A stretch of 64,000 nucleotides of DNA from Escherichia phage PNJ-9: sequence record PQ100635.1; one strand, given 5' to 3'. Position numbers and translations under genes: made by a program. Shown piece by piece: positions 1 to 8,872 of this stretch. Each line of letters opens with the position of its first letter. Position 1 is the first letter of the stretch. A model generated the notes under the pieces. The model did no database searches. It was not told the DNA's origin and worked only from the letters and a program-made list of their open reading frames with translations.

Positions 1-2
1 AA

Positions 3-434
3 AAACGTATTCGCGAACTTGTTATTGAAAAGAATAAGCAAGCCGCTTCTAAGGAACGTGAAATTCGTAAGCTCTTGGCTGAAGGACAAGATGTTACCAT
101 GCATGCTAAGCTTGGTCTTCTGTATCGTCGAACTGCCGAACAACTTAATACAAAAGCCGACGGGTACGCTGCTATGCGAATTGAAATTGCTCGTAAGGTG
201 GTTGAACTTGATGATGCTCGTCAGAACCTGGCAATCAAACTTGAATACATTCGTGAAACTCGAGCGGCCAATGCCCTTGGTATCTCTACGGCTGATGATG
301 TAATTGAAATCGCTGCACTGACTAAGGTTGATATCGAAGACACTCTGACTCGTGTTGAAACGTTCAATGGCACTCCAGCTGGTGTCGAAACCACTTCTGC
401 TGATGTACAAGAATATATTAACTCTTTGAAATAA
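3..434 (+). CDS. hypothetical protein, 5' end truncated by window edge
   Basis: Open frame from window start to TAA at 432-434; followed by stem-loop/T-run terminator. Confidence 0.55.
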   Translation, partial: KRIRELVIEKNKQAASKEREIRKLLAEGQDVTMHAKLGLLYRRTAEQLNTKADGYAAMRIEIARKVVELDDARQNLAIKLEYIRETRAANALGISTADDVIEIAALTKVDIEDTLTRVETFNGTPAGVETTSADVQEYINSLK

Positions 435-442
435 AATAATAC

Positions 443-464
443 GGAGGACTCCGGTCCTCCTTTT
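443..464 (+). terminator. intrinsic terminator
   Basis: GGAGGAC-TCCG-GTCCTCC stem-loop then TTTT. Confidence 0.65.
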
Positions 465-483
465 GGATAATAAAGGAGTTAAC

Positions 484-1080
484 ATGCGAAACCAAAATAA
501 TGATATTGACTCAATGTTCGAAGAGTTCCGAGATAAGGTAAATCCACCTACGTCTTTAGTTGATTCATTACGATATGTTGCAACTGGACGTAAATGGTAC
601 TGGTCGTCTTCTTATGAGACAACTGAATATGCAAATAACCGAAAATCTTTATTAGCCCCAGGTATTATGATTCATGATATCGGAGCTATTGCTAAACTAG
701 TTGCAGACCATGATATTAGATTCACTGATTTCGTTGCTCCTACGTGGTCTGTTTGTTGTTTAAACACTGAATGGGAATATATCAGCGAACGCTCTGAAGA
801 TTATTATGGTTTTAGAGACAAGCTTTTAAGGTCTAACATGTTTTATATTGATACAGAAGTTCTGGTCAATAATAAAAAATATTACTTTACGTTAATCGTC
901 GATTCTGAAACTATGTATGAAGGCAAGCCTTTGCTTAAAAGAGTTGATGCTTTAAGTGCTATTGATGCGCTTTATGAAACTATGGTTGTTAGTCCTAATT
1001 TCACTAACAATTTAATCCTTGAGCAATTTATTATGGAATGTAGAGAATATGTCAAAGCCAACCCTATACATGCCAAGTAA
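484..1080 (+). CDS. hypothetical protein
   Basis: ORF track 463-1080; first ATG at 484 preceded by AAGGAG. Confidence 0.6.
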   Translation: MRNQNNDIDSMFEEFRDKVNPPTSLVDSLRYVATGRKWYWSSSYETTEYANNRKSLLAPGIMIHDIGAIAKLVADHDIRFTDFVAPTWSVCCLNTEWEYISERSEDYYGFRDKLLRSNMFYIDTEVLVNNKKYYFTLIVDSETMYEGKPLLKRVDALSAIDALYETMVVSPNFTNNLILEQFIMECREYVKANPIHAK

Positions 1081-1444
1081 GCCCTGGGCGTATGAATACA
1101 AGCGTAAATTAATCCCAAATGAAGTACTATTTGGCCCTATTTTAGCTTTAGCGTTTTTAATCTTTATGATTATAGGAGCTATTTTAGATTCCAATAAAGT
1201 TATATCGTCTGATGCAGTGTTTTTACTTATTATACCCGGGTCGTTTATTGTACCATTTTTATTAATGCCTATTAACTGGGCAGGATATTGGTACCAAGGC
1301 CGTCATCACAGAGCTCGAGTTCGTGAGTGGAAAGTTCAGTGCGCAAAAGCCCAAGCTCAATATGATGAAGCTGTTAAAAAGTATGAATATGAAGAAGCTA
1401 TAGAATTCGTTAAGGAAATAAGATGCAAAAGCCTCAACTCTTAA
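1049..1444 (+). CDS. small membrane protein, C-terminal E-x-FhKEhRC tail family
   Basis: Hydrophobic helices; C-terminal EAIEFVKEIRCK resembles tails of ORFs at 1423, 4196, 5189; start ambiguous (1049 or 1070). Confidence 0.5.
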   Translation: MSKPTLYMPSKPWAYEYKRKLIPNEVLFGPILALAFLIFMIIGAILDSNKVISSDAVFLLIIPGSFIVPFLLMPINWAGYWYQGRHHRARVREWKVQCAKAQAQYDEAVKKYEYEEAIEFVKEIRCKSLNS

Positions 1445-1782
1445 CCGTATGGCCGTCTCTTGGTGAGAACATTCTAATTTTTATTATGAGTATTGGCATG
1501 GGATTTGCCTTTGGATTAGTTGGATTTCTTATTGACGGAGTTGTGTTAGGATTTATAGGGAATACAGGTGGATTCACAGACCAATGGCAGGACCTAAGAT
1601 ACACCCAAGCTTTTGCATCTATCGCATCATTTTGTACCGTAGTCTATTTTTACTACGATTTTATAAACCATAACAAGAAAAATAAAAAGGTTTACGCTTC
1701 TCAAATGATTAGTTATAATGAACTCCTAGCTAGACGTGAAAATGAAACAATAGAAAACTTTATTAAGGAATGTAGAAAATGA
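1423..1782 (+). CDS. small membrane protein, C-terminal ENFIKECR tail family
   Basis: Two predicted TM helices; C-terminus NETIENFIKECRK; AAGGA upstream of ATG. Confidence 0.6.
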   Translation: MQKPQLLTVWPSLGENILIFIMSIGMGFAFGLVGFLIDGVVLGFIGNTGGFTDQWQDLRYTQAFASIASFCTVVYFYYDFINHNKKNKKVYASQMISYNELLARRENETIENFIKECRK

Positions 1783-2084
1783 GTAAGATTATTGAAATTA
1801 AAGTACCAGAGTTTAATGATGCCAAATCCGCTTCAGATGCAATTTATAAACTTCTGAATCAAGCTGAACGCATCGAAGAAGAAGCAACAAAGATCGCAGA
1901 CCAATATGCTGTATCATTTTCTGTAGGTGATTATGGTAGCGGTCGTACTTATTATCCTAAGGGTGAAATTGTATCCCAGTGGATGAAAGATGAAATTGAA
2001 AATAATGGTGGTGATGTTAAACGTGAAGGTAATGGTTACGTTATTACTGAAGGTGCTTGGGTTTCTTCTTCTGCGATGTGCTAA
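1779..2084 (+). CDS. hypothetical protein, tandem paralog 1 (GWxSSxxC tail)
   Basis: ATGA overlap with upstream stop; C-terminus GAWVSSSAMC. Confidence 0.6.
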   Translation: MSKIIEIKVPEFNDAKSASDAIYKLLNQAERIEEEATKIADQYAVSFSVGDYGSGRTYYPKGEIVSQWMKDEIENNGGDVKREGNGYVITEGAWVSSSAMC

Positions 2085-2093
2085 GGAATCATT

Positions 2094-2366
2094 ATGTCTA
2101 AAGAACAAACCGAACTGGCTGAAGCCGTAGCAAAAATCTATGCAGCTATTGAGGCTGCCAAAGAAATTGCTGATAAACAAAACACAACATTCGACTTGTA
2201 TCCAGCTTATGGTATGGGTGGAACCTATCATTCACCCGGACAACTTAAAGCCGATCTTGAACGTTGTACAAAAAACGGCTATGCTGAATGGGCTGACGTT
2301 TACCAATACGACTACAACCTGAGCCTCGAAACTGGTGGTTGGATTGCATCTTCTCACACTTGCTAA
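2094..2366 (+). CDS. hypothetical protein, tandem paralog 2 (GWxSSxxC tail)
   Basis: C-terminus GGWIASSHTC; AAGGAA upstream. Confidence 0.6.
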   Translation: MSKEQTELAEAVAKIYAAIEAAKEIADKQNTTFDLYPAYGMGGTYHSPGQLKADLERCTKNGYAEWADVYQYDYNLSLETGGWIASSHTC

Positions 2367-2375
2367 GGAAACCAT

Positions 2376-2573
2376 ATGTCTCGTGAATTAGATTGTGCTG
2401 TACGTACGGCAGTAGCTGCTCTGGAAAACCTGTTCCAAATTGCAACAGAAGAACGCGAAGAAGTTACATTGTGGATTGAAGATAACGCAGGTCTGAATCT
2501 CCAGGACGCGATCTCATTATCCAATAATAGCATTACTGTTCAAGGCTGGGTATCATCTAGTTATTCTTGCTAA
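2376..2573 (+). CDS. hypothetical protein, tandem paralog 3 (GWxSSxxC tail)
   Basis: C-terminus QGWVSSSYSC; AAGGAA upstream. Confidence 0.55.
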   Translation: MSRELDCAVRTAVAALENLFQIATEEREEVTLWIEDNAGLNLQDAISLSNNSITVQGWVSSSYSC

Positions 2574-2577
2574 AACA

Positions 2578-2616
2578 GTTTACAACAAGATAGGGCTATG
2601 TTATAGTAGTCCTATC
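2578..2616 (+). promoter_or_regulatory. early-promoter-like cassette with flanking inverted repeat
   Basis: GTTTAC, 18 bp, TATAGT; IR GATAGGGCTA/TAGTCCTATC around -10. Confidence 0.5.
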
Positions 2617-2635
2617 AAATTAAATGGAGTCCACA

Positions 2636-2875
2636 ATGATTTATTACGAAAGTGTTGGAACTAAAGTGGTTGCTAAAACCATTACTCGTGAAAAGTTTGC
2701 AAAGATATTCGATATGCGTTATAAAAAATCTGAACACAAAGGCATCCGATTCGAAGATGCGCACTGTACAATTTGTCCTTATAATGAAGACATAAACGGT
2801 ACAATCGTTCCATTGGTAGAGGCTTCACATGACGACCTCTGGGATGAATATAATATCGCATGTCGCGAAATTTAA
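2636..2875 (+). CDS. hypothetical protein
   Basis: ORF track 2624-2875; ATG at 2636 with GGAG 6 nt upstream, just downstream of an early-promoter cassette. Confidence 0.55.
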   Translation: MIYYESVGTKVVAKTITREKFAKIFDMRYKKSEHKGIRFEDAHCTICPYNEDINGTIVPLVEASHDDLWDEYNIACREI

Positions 2876-2900
2876 GTAATCTAAATTCGAGGAAATTATT

Positions 2901-3857
2901 ATGATGTTAGTTATTGGTTCTCGTGCACTTCACTATCACAGTCTTATTGATTCTAACGCTATCAAAAATAGTGACTGGGACTTTATTGCAGACCAAGGTT
3001 CTTGGAATGCATTCAAAAATCAAATGATGGGTGTATATGTTCATCAAGATAACCCTGATGTCCAAGTTTTCAAATGCTTCCATAATGGACGCGAAACTCA
3101 TTTTGAAGCATATATTGTTCCGGCAATCACTAATGTCCGTGAATTAGTCGGTGAACTCACTCCTGAAGATTTCACGTCTTCTTATGACCTTTTAAAATAC
3201 GCCAAGAAAAATTTGACTAAAGACCGTTTGAACGGGTTTTACTGGGCAACTCCTGAGATATGTCTTGCAATTAAAATGTCTCATCGTTTCAAGAAAAATA
3301 ATCCATTCTTTTTAAAGACTATGAACCATATTCAGTATCTTCGTGGTAAAGGTGTTACACTGAACGATGAACTTACTGAAATTATGCTGAAACGCCAGAA
3401 AGAAACTTTGAACTATGCTCACCCAGTTCTTGACACTTCTAAAAGTGCGTTCTTTAAAGATGACATCTATACATATGACCATGATACTATTCACGAAGCC
3501 ATTGCACTAACAGACCGTCCGGCTTATACGTTTTACATGAAAGACGGTTCTGAAGTCATGACCTCACGCGAGAAGTTCGAATCGTTACCAGAAATGGTCA
3601 AATTGGCCGGCGTATATGAAGAATCATGTGTACTAGCGTTAGAACGTTCTCAGATTCCTAATAACTTTGAAATTAACCCTGAAGCCAGTTTCATGATGGC
3701 ATTAGAAAAAGTCTGCACAAGCATCACCTCCGGTTGGTTCCGTGAGTTCGCTTGGGAAAATTATAGCAAAGTAGTAAGTATGTATCAAAGCTTAGGACAC
3801 GACGATTACGTCAAGCGTTTCAAACAAAATTTTCATATGGTAAAACCTTTCAAATAA
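2901..3857 (+). CDS. hypothetical protein (318 aa)
   Basis: Long ORF with GAGGAAA upstream; no family assigned. Confidence 0.65.
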   Translation: MMLVIGSRALHYHSLIDSNAIKNSDWDFIADQGSWNAFKNQMMGVYVHQDNPDVQVFKCFHNGRETHFEAYIVPAITNVRELVGELTPEDFTSSYDLLKYAKKNLTKDRLNGFYWATPEICLAIKMSHRFKKNNPFFLKTMNHIQYLRGKGVTLNDELTEIMLKRQKETLNYAHPVLDTSKSAFFKDDIYTYDHDTIHEAIALTDRPAYTFYMKDGSEVMTSREKFESLPEMVKLAGVYEESCVLALERSQIPNNFEINPEASFMMALEKVCTSITSGWFREFAWENYSKVVSMYQSLGHDDYVKRFKQNFHMVKPFK

Positions 3858-3869
3858 TTTCACCAAACT

Positions 3870-3904
3870 GTTTACAAGGTCTGTAGTTGTTGATACTATA
3901 GACC
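3870..3904 (+). promoter_or_regulatory. early-promoter-like cassette with inverted repeat
   Basis: GTTTAC, 18 bp, TACTAT; IR GGTCTGTAG/CTATAGACC. Confidence 0.45.
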
Positions 3905-3936
3905 TATCAAAACAAATGAGTGAATGGAGATACAAA

Positions 3937-4137
3937 ATGACTACTTTGAATAAACGTTTCGGTAAAGCTAAACCTGGCTGTGCAGCAGAACGTCGTTACA
4001 TTTTCGCTCAGTTAGAAGATGTAGAGTATCAGATTAATCAAGTTCACATTACTGGCATCGAGCCTATGTGTGGCCTTGAAGCTCTTCGTGAAGTTCGTGA
4101 CGGGTATCGTCGTGATATCGAAGAAATGTCAAAATAA
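3937..4137 (+). CDS. hypothetical small protein
   Basis: ORF track 3916-4137; ATG at 3937 has better spacing to GGAG. Confidence 0.5.
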   Translation: MTTLNKRFGKAKPGCAAERRYIFAQLEDVEYQINQVHITGIEPMCGLEALREVRDGYRRDIEEMSK

Positions 4138-4176
4138 GTGTACAAACTGATAGGGCTATGTTATAGTAGTCCTATT
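4138..4176 (+). promoter_or_regulatory. early-promoter-like cassette with inverted repeat
   Basis: GTGTAC, 18 bp, TATAGT; same GATAGGGCTA...TAGTCCTAT module as at 2589. Confidence 0.45.
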
Positions 4177-4195
4177 AAAACATGAGGAGAATATT

Positions 4196-4501
4196 ATGAA
4201 ATTAACAGAAACCAACCGAATTGGTCTTTTAACAATACTTGCATCACCTTTTTACGCAGCCCTTTCTGTTGCAGTATTACAAAAGGCTTACGATATGGAT
4301 GGTGTTCCTGGTTTTATATTCTTATCGCCGTTTTTGCTATTCGTTGGAGCATTGTTATTATATGCCACGACTGGTTTCGACCATAATGTCTGGGTCAATT
4401 ATAAATGTAAATTGTCTGAAGAAGAACACGCAGAAGCTCGTAAAAAAGCTATTGAATCTACCAATCTAGAAAATTTCATTAAAGAATGTCGAGGAAAATA
4501 A
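4196..4501 (+). CDS. small membrane protein, C-terminal ENFIKECR tail family
   Basis: TM helices; C-terminus STNLENFIKECRGK; GAGGAG upstream. Confidence 0.6.
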   Translation: MKLTETNRIGLLTILASPFYAALSVAVLQKAYDMDGVPGFIFLSPFLLFVGALLLYATTGFDHNVWVNYKCKLSEEEHAEARKKAIESTNLENFIKECRGK

Positions 4502-4502
4502 T

Positions 4503-5189
4503 ATGAATAGTTCTAAAGTGTTTAATAGTCAAGCTCGTGCAGTAGGTGGTTTTGCCGGCGGTATTTCTAATGATAAAATCAAGAACGAGCCTATGTTCTT
4601 CAACTGTAGTTTAGAATTTGCTTATAATAATGGCGGTCCTATTACTCGCTCTTTCATTATGAACTTGCCGGATGATTGGAACACCGACCAGGTTGTATTT
4701 GATTCACGAGTCCACATGCTGATGCCTGGTTGGTATCCTGCTATTCCTGGATATCACCATGATGACGTACCACGCCCAGATATTCCAACAGGACAACATT
4801 TTATTACTGCAGGACAACCTGATTATGACAACCCTCGTTACCATTCTGAACATATTCTTGGTCTTGTTAACGCTGATGTGTGTCCTACTCATTTTGCAAC
4901 AGGAACTGCAGAGTTCAGTCAGATTCCTGATGGCGAACTTATCTATCGCCAGTGGCACAAAGAAGTCCTCGAAAAAATCGAAAAAGGCGAACTAGAGAAA
5001 TGGGAAGCTCCGGACCGTACTCTTCTTCAGTTTGATTGGCAAACATGGCACACTGGTTCTCGTGCAATTAGTAATGGATGGCGGTGGTTCGGACGTGTAT
5101 CTCGTAATACAGACCGAGTTAAAAAGATTACCAATGAAATTCGTGTCAACGCCCAAGTTTATCTGGAATTCCCTATGGAAGGCTGGTAA
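4503..5189 (+). CDS. hypothetical protein (228 aa)
   Basis: ORF track; starts 2 nt after upstream stop. Confidence 0.6.
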   Translation: MNSSKVFNSQARAVGGFAGGISNDKIKNEPMFFNCSLEFAYNNGGPITRSFIMNLPDDWNTDQVVFDSRVHMLMPGWYPAIPGYHHDDVPRPDIPTGQHFITAGQPDYDNPRYHSEHILGLVNADVCPTHFATGTAEFSQIPDGELIYRQWHKEVLEKIEKGELEKWEAPDRTLLQFDWQTWHTGSRAISNGWRWFGRVSRNTDRVKKITNEIRVNAQVYLEFPMEGW

Positions 5190-5668
5190 TGATTAACAAT
5201 AATATAGACGATGGCAATGAAGGTATTTCATACTATTCAGTAGATTGGACAGGATGTCCATCCTACTTAGTGAAACATATTTGCCAAGAATTTAAAATCG
5301 ACCAGCCAGCAGGTATTATCGTGAACAGATACATTAATGGATATCAACCTATCGATGAAGTAATACGAACAACTCAAGCTGAGCTTGAAAAGTTTTTCAA
5401 TAAGTGCCAATGGATAACAGGATGGATTATATTTGTACCGTCAGTGTGGTTTTTTAGTACTAAGGTGAGTTCTTTCGGTTTTGTTGATATTATTGCTATC
5501 TTATTAGCATCTAGTATCATAAGTGTTGTTGGTGGCATCATTGGCGGCGGTACCGCCGCCATCATTATTAATCTTGTTAAAAGTAGTTTACAGGAACGTA
5601 AAGACAAGATAAAGGCCAAGAATAATGAAGTTGAACGTTTTATTACCGAATGCAGGAATTTGAGATGA
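5189..5668 (+). CDS. membrane protein, C-terminal ERFITECR tail family
   Basis: TAATG overlap; Gly-rich TM segment; C-terminus NNEVERFITECRNLR. Confidence 0.6.
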   Translation: MINNNIDDGNEGISYYSVDWTGCPSYLVKHICQEFKIDQPAGIIVNRYINGYQPIDEVIRTTQAELEKFFNKCQWITGWIIFVPSVWFFSTKVSSFGFVDIIAILLASSIISVVGGIIGGGTAAIIINLVKSSLQERKDKIKAKNNEVERFITECRNLR

Positions 5669-5901
5669 GTATAGCAATTTACATTAAATCGGAATCGTGT
5701 GATAGTTATCTGTACACATACGATAAAGATGTGTCAGAAGAAAAAATCAAAGACGACCTTAATATGGACCTTGATATGTTCCGTCCTATTGCAGATTACA
5801 AACTTGCGGTCTCTAATAGTGAAAGTCCATCTAAAGAAACGCGCATTGAAGAATTTATGTCCGAATTAATGGCCAAATCATGGGACCGAGATGATGAGTA
5901 A
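5665..5901 (+). CDS. hypothetical acidic protein
   Basis: ATGA overlap with upstream stop; ORF track 5650-5901. Confidence 0.5.
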   Translation: MSIAIYIKSESCDSYLYTYDKDVSEEKIKDDLNMDLDMFRPIADYKLAVSNSESPSKETRIEEFMSELMAKSWDRDDE

Positions 5902-6349
5902 GAAAAATAAAGTGAAAGAACTATCAGCAGGTATTATTTTCCTTACCGAAGATAAAGAATTATTCATGGGGCGTGTAACTGGTTCTCGTCCTAAAGGTGC
6001 ATTAGCTCATCGGTGGGATATTCCTAAAGGTCGTGTCGAGCCCGGTGAATCTCCTATCGAAGCCGCTATTCGTGAATGCGAAGAAGAAACTGGGTTTACA
6101 CAATATGACCCTGCCTTCCTGAAAGACCTAGGTGAACATCATTACTCAGACAATAAGAATATTCATCTGTTCCTATATACCATCCCTGTAGAGCACGAGC
6201 AATTCAGAAACAGTGTTTGTAATTCCTATCATACGTTCCCAGACGGACGACAGATTCCTGAATTTGATGCATTCGCTTTAATTAAACCTTCTCAGTGGGA
6301 ATATGTAATGGGCAAATCATTATATAAGGTGCTCACTACCATCCTATAA
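5891..6349 (+). CDS. nudE: Nudix hydrolase NudE
   Basis: Nudix box GRVEPGESPIEAAIRECEEETG; matches T4 NudE (e.1) position next to lysozyme. Confidence 0.9.
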   Translation: MMSKKNKVKELSAGIIFLTEDKELFMGRVTGSRPKGALAHRWDIPKGRVEPGESPIEAAIRECEEETGFTQYDPAFLKDLGEHHYSDNKNIHLFLYTIPVEHEQFRNSVCNSYHTFPDGRQIPEFDAFALIKPSQWEYVMGKSLYKVLTTIL

Positions 6350-6351
6350 GT

Positions 6352-6382
6352 AATAAATACCTCCTATAAACGTGGGAGGTAT
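6352..6382 (+). promoter_or_regulatory. RBS-sequestering hairpin with late-promoter-like TATAAA in loop, upstream of e
   Basis: ATACCTCC (6357-6364) pairs with GGAGGTAT (6375-6382) covering the SD; loop TATAAACG. Confidence 0.5.
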
Positions 6383-6383
6383 T

Positions 6384-6872
6384 ATGAATATATTTGAAAT
6401 GCTTCGTAATGACGAAGGTCTTAGACTGACTTTATACAAAGACACTGAAGGCTTTTGGACAATTGGCATAGGTCATTTAGTAACAAAGAACCCGTCTTTA
6501 GCTGTAGCTAAAGCTGAACTTGACAGAATGATCGGGCGTAAATGCAACGGTACAATTACCCTTGATGAGGCTGAAAAGTTATTTAATGAAGACGTTGATA
6601 AAGCTGTTCGCGGAATCTTGGGTAATGCTAAACTTAAACCGGTATATGATTCTTTAGATGCGGTTCGTCGATGTGCATTGGTCAATATGGTCTTCCAAAT
6701 GGGTGTAGCAGGCGTCGCTGGTTTTACTAATTCTCTTCGTATGCTTCAACAGAAACGTTGGGATGAAGCGGCAGTAAATCTAGCACAATCTAAATGGTAT
6801 CGTCAGACACCTAATCGCGCGAAACGCGTAATCTCAACATTTAAAACAGGAACTTGGAAAGCGTATATATGA
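6384..6872 (+). CDS. e: endolysin (T4 lysozyme)
   Basis: [31 protein letters not shown]... near-identical to T4 lysozyme incl. catalytic E11/D20/T26 region; GGGAGG SD. Confidence 0.95.
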   Translation: MNIFEMLRNDEGLRLTLYKDTEGFWTIGIGHLVTKNPSLAVAKAELDRMIGRKCNGTITLDEAEKLFNEDVDKAVRGILGNAKLKPVYDSLDAVRRCALVNMVFQMGVAGVAGFTNSLRMLQQKRWDEAAVNLAQSKWYRQTPNRAKRVISTFKTGTWKAYI

Positions 6873-7150
6873 AAACATATAGCGAATTTTTATCAGAATC
6901 TATTCTTAACGAAGCTACTGACACATTTGCAACTAAGCTAGGTGCAGCTTTGGTTGAAGCTGAAAGTCTATTAGCACGTATTTCTGAACTTGCTAGTAAG
7001 ATAGATACTCGCAAATTTGAACGTACCAGCGATATCGTTAAGCTTGAAGCCTTGTTGCGTATGTGCGATAAACCGGAAGAAATCGCTAAGAACGGCTCGC
7101 TGATGAAACAACGTCTTGAAAAATATATTTCAGGCGCTTCAGAAAAATAG
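6869..7150 (+). CDS. capsid-targeting-sequence (CTS) protein, internal-protein-like
   Basis: N-terminus [10 protein letters not shown] resembles T4 internal-protein CTS MKTYQEFIAEA; ATGA overlap with e. Confidence 0.55.
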   Translation: MKTYSEFLSESILNEATDTFATKLGAALVEAESLLARISELASKIDTRKFERTSDIVKLEALLRMCDKPEEIAKNGSLMKQRLEKYISGASEK

Positions 7151-7151
7151 T

Positions 7152-7203
7152 GTTTACTTCCTCCAAGGACTTTGATACTATACATTCATCAACTACTTGG
7201 AGG
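7152..7203 (+). promoter_or_regulatory. early-promoter-like cassette; inverted repeat includes denV SD
   Basis: GTTTAC, 18 bp, TACTAT; IR CCTCCAAG/CTTGGAGG. Confidence 0.5.
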
Positions 7204-7208
7204 AAATT

Positions 7209-7622
7209 ATGACCCGTATCAATTTAACACTTGTTTCTGAACTGACCGACCAACATCTTATGGCTGAGTATCGTGAATTACCACGCGTATTTGGTGCAGT
7301 CCGTAAACATGTTCAAAACGGTAAACGTGTAAAGGATTTTAAAATCTCTCCAACATTTATCTTAGGCACAGGTCATGTAACATTCTTTTACGACAAACTC
7401 GAATTTTTACGTTTACGTCAAATCGAGCTAATCGCCGAATGCTTGAAACGTGGTTTCAAAATCAAGGACACGACTGTCCAAGATATTTCCGACATCCCTG
7501 CCGAATTTCGTAATAATTATGTCCCGTCCGAAGCGTCCATTGCGATAAGTCAAGCACGCTTAGATGAAAAAATTGCTCAGCGCCCGACTTGGTACAAATA
7601 CTATGGTAAATCAATTTACTAA
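7209..7622 (+). CDS. denV: endonuclease V, pyrimidine-dimer DNA glycosylase
   Basis: [31 protein letters not shown] matches T4 DenV N-terminus; 138 aa. Confidence 0.93.
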   Translation: MTRINLTLVSELTDQHLMAEYRELPRVFGAVRKHVQNGKRVKDFKISPTFILGTGHVTFFYDKLEFLRLRQIELIAECLKRGFKIKDTTVQDISDIPAEFRNNYVPSEASIAISQARLDEKIAQRPTWYKYYGKSIY

Positions 7623-7628
7623 GGAAAA

Positions 7629-7889
7629 ATGAAAATGTATCAAGAATTTATCGCTGAAGCAGATGCCAAAGGTCATAAATTTAAAGTTAAAGCTTTCATT
7701 GGTGATGCGGAAGACTTTGGCTCATTAAAACGTAATGGGTATTTTTTCTTAGGTGGCGATGGTAAAGAAATCAACACCTATGCAAAACGTAGTGAAATTG
7801 CTTATGTTGTAGCAAGCCCTAAAGTAGATGTTGACGATATTGGATACGATTTTAACAACTTCGGAATTATTTCTGGCGGTAAAGCTTAA
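7629..7889 (+). CDS. internal protein (CTS-bearing head cargo)
   Basis: N-terminal MKMYQEFIAEA CTS motif. Confidence 0.7.
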   Translation: MKMYQEFIAEADAKGHKFKVKAFIGDAEDFGSLKRNGYFFLGGDGKEINTYAKRSEIAYVVASPKVDVDDIGYDFNNFGIISGGKA

Positions 7890-7892
7890 ACG

Positions 7893-7922
7893 GTTTACGC
7901 TTAAGTATTAATATGGTATAAT
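7893..7922 (+). promoter_or_regulatory. early-promoter-like element
   Basis: GTTTAC, 18 bp, TATAAT. Confidence 0.45.
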
Positions 7923-7952
7923 TACTCTATCAAAACAAACAAGGAAACAAAA

Positions 7953-8255
7953 ATGAAAACTTATCAAGAATTTATCACCGAAGCGCGAGTAAGTGCAGGT
8001 AAATTAGAAGCCGCTATAAATAAAAAGGCCCATTCATTTCATGATTTGTCCGATAAAGACCGTAAGAAACTTGTAAGCCTTTATATTGACAAAGAGCGTA
8101 TTCTCGCTCTTCCTGGCGCTAATGAAGGTAAACAGGCCAAGCCTTTGAATGCTGTCGAAAAGAAAATTGATAACTTTGCTTCTAAATTCGGTATGTCTAT
8201 GGATGACCTTCAGCAAGCGGCTATCGAAGCAGCTAAAGTAATTAAAGGTAAATAA
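7953..8255 (+). CDS. internal protein (CTS-bearing head cargo)
   Basis: N-terminal MKTYQEFITEAR CTS motif; 100 aa, lysine-rich. Confidence 0.75.
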   Translation: MKTYQEFITEARVSAGKLEAAINKKAHSFHDLSDKDRKKLVSLYIDKERILALPGANEGKQAKPLNAVEKKIDNFASKFGMSMDDLQQAAIEAAKVIKGK

Positions 8256-8257
8256 CA

Positions 8258-8287
8258 GTTTACTTTCTCCTAGAATTGTGATAGTAT
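8258..8287 (+). promoter_or_regulatory. early-promoter-like element
   Basis: GTTTAC, 18 bp, TAGTAT. Confidence 0.4.
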
Positions 8288-8345
8288 ATTCATAATTACT
8301 TGGAGTGGTAAATACAGAAATGGACAATTCATAGGTCATTCCATA

Positions 8346-8364
8346 GCCCCAACCTTAAGAGAAA
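8346..8364 (+). repeat. repeated leader motif GCCCCAACCTTAAGAGAAA (copy 1)
   Basis: Immediately upstream of ATG 8369; second copy at 8848-8868. Confidence 0.5.
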
Positions 8365-8368
8365 CTAA

Positions 8369-8698
8369 ATGAAAACATATCAAGAGTTTATCACTGAAGT
8401 TACATTATCTGCGGAACAGAAAGCTGCTATCGAAGAAGCTAAAAATCCCAAAGTAACATATAAAGTAAATAGTAAAGGCGTTTTTGATGGCTTGGTTCAA
8501 GACCCTGAATTGAAAAAAGCTCTTTCTAAAACTAATGCGTACTTTGCTCCTAAATTTAACACAGCCGGCGTACTTATTGGATTGGATGTATTCAACTCTA
8601 AAGGTGTTCTATCTAATGCCTTTGGTTATGCCGCTAACAAAATTACCAAAGCCGCATGGGAATCCAATACCAAACAAGCTCAAAAGCCTAGAGTATAA
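8369..8698 (+). CDS. internal protein (CTS-bearing head cargo)
   Basis: N-terminal MKTYQEFITEV CTS motif. Confidence 0.7.
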   Translation: MKTYQEFITEVTLSAEQKAAIEEAKNPKVTYKVNSKGVFDGLVQDPELKKALSKTNAYFAPKFNTAGVLIGLDVFNSKGVLSNAFGYAANKITKAAWESNTKQAQKPRV

Positions 8699-8847
8699 TT
8701 CTTGCCTAATAAAGGGAAACGCAACCTCTCCTTATGAACGTCGAGTCCTCTGAGTGATGTACCTTTTCCAACCTGTAATAAGGTCGAGCCCAAGTGCGGT
8801 AATGGGTTTACATAGCGAGTCGAAGGACCTAACATGTGCCACGGAAT

Positions 8848-8868
8848 GGCCCCAAACCTTAAGAGAAA
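8848..8868 (+). repeat. repeated leader motif GCCCCAAACCTTAAGAGAAA (copy 2)
   Basis: Immediately upstream of ATG 8873. Confidence 0.5.
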
Positions 8869-8872
8869 TAAT

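Noticed and set aside
1914-2231. Minus-strand ORFs on the track (e.g. 1914-2231, 15387-15707, 37740-38192, 40441-41034, 42100-42579, 61128-61613)
   Set aside because: Each lies wholly inside a well-supported + strand gene, lacks an SD and has skewed composition; judged antisense artefacts of AT-rich sequence
8699-8872. tRNA gene in the GC-balanced gap
   Set aside because: Could not fold a cloverleaf with a GTTCGA-type T-loop and acceptor stem by eye; left as an unexplained region
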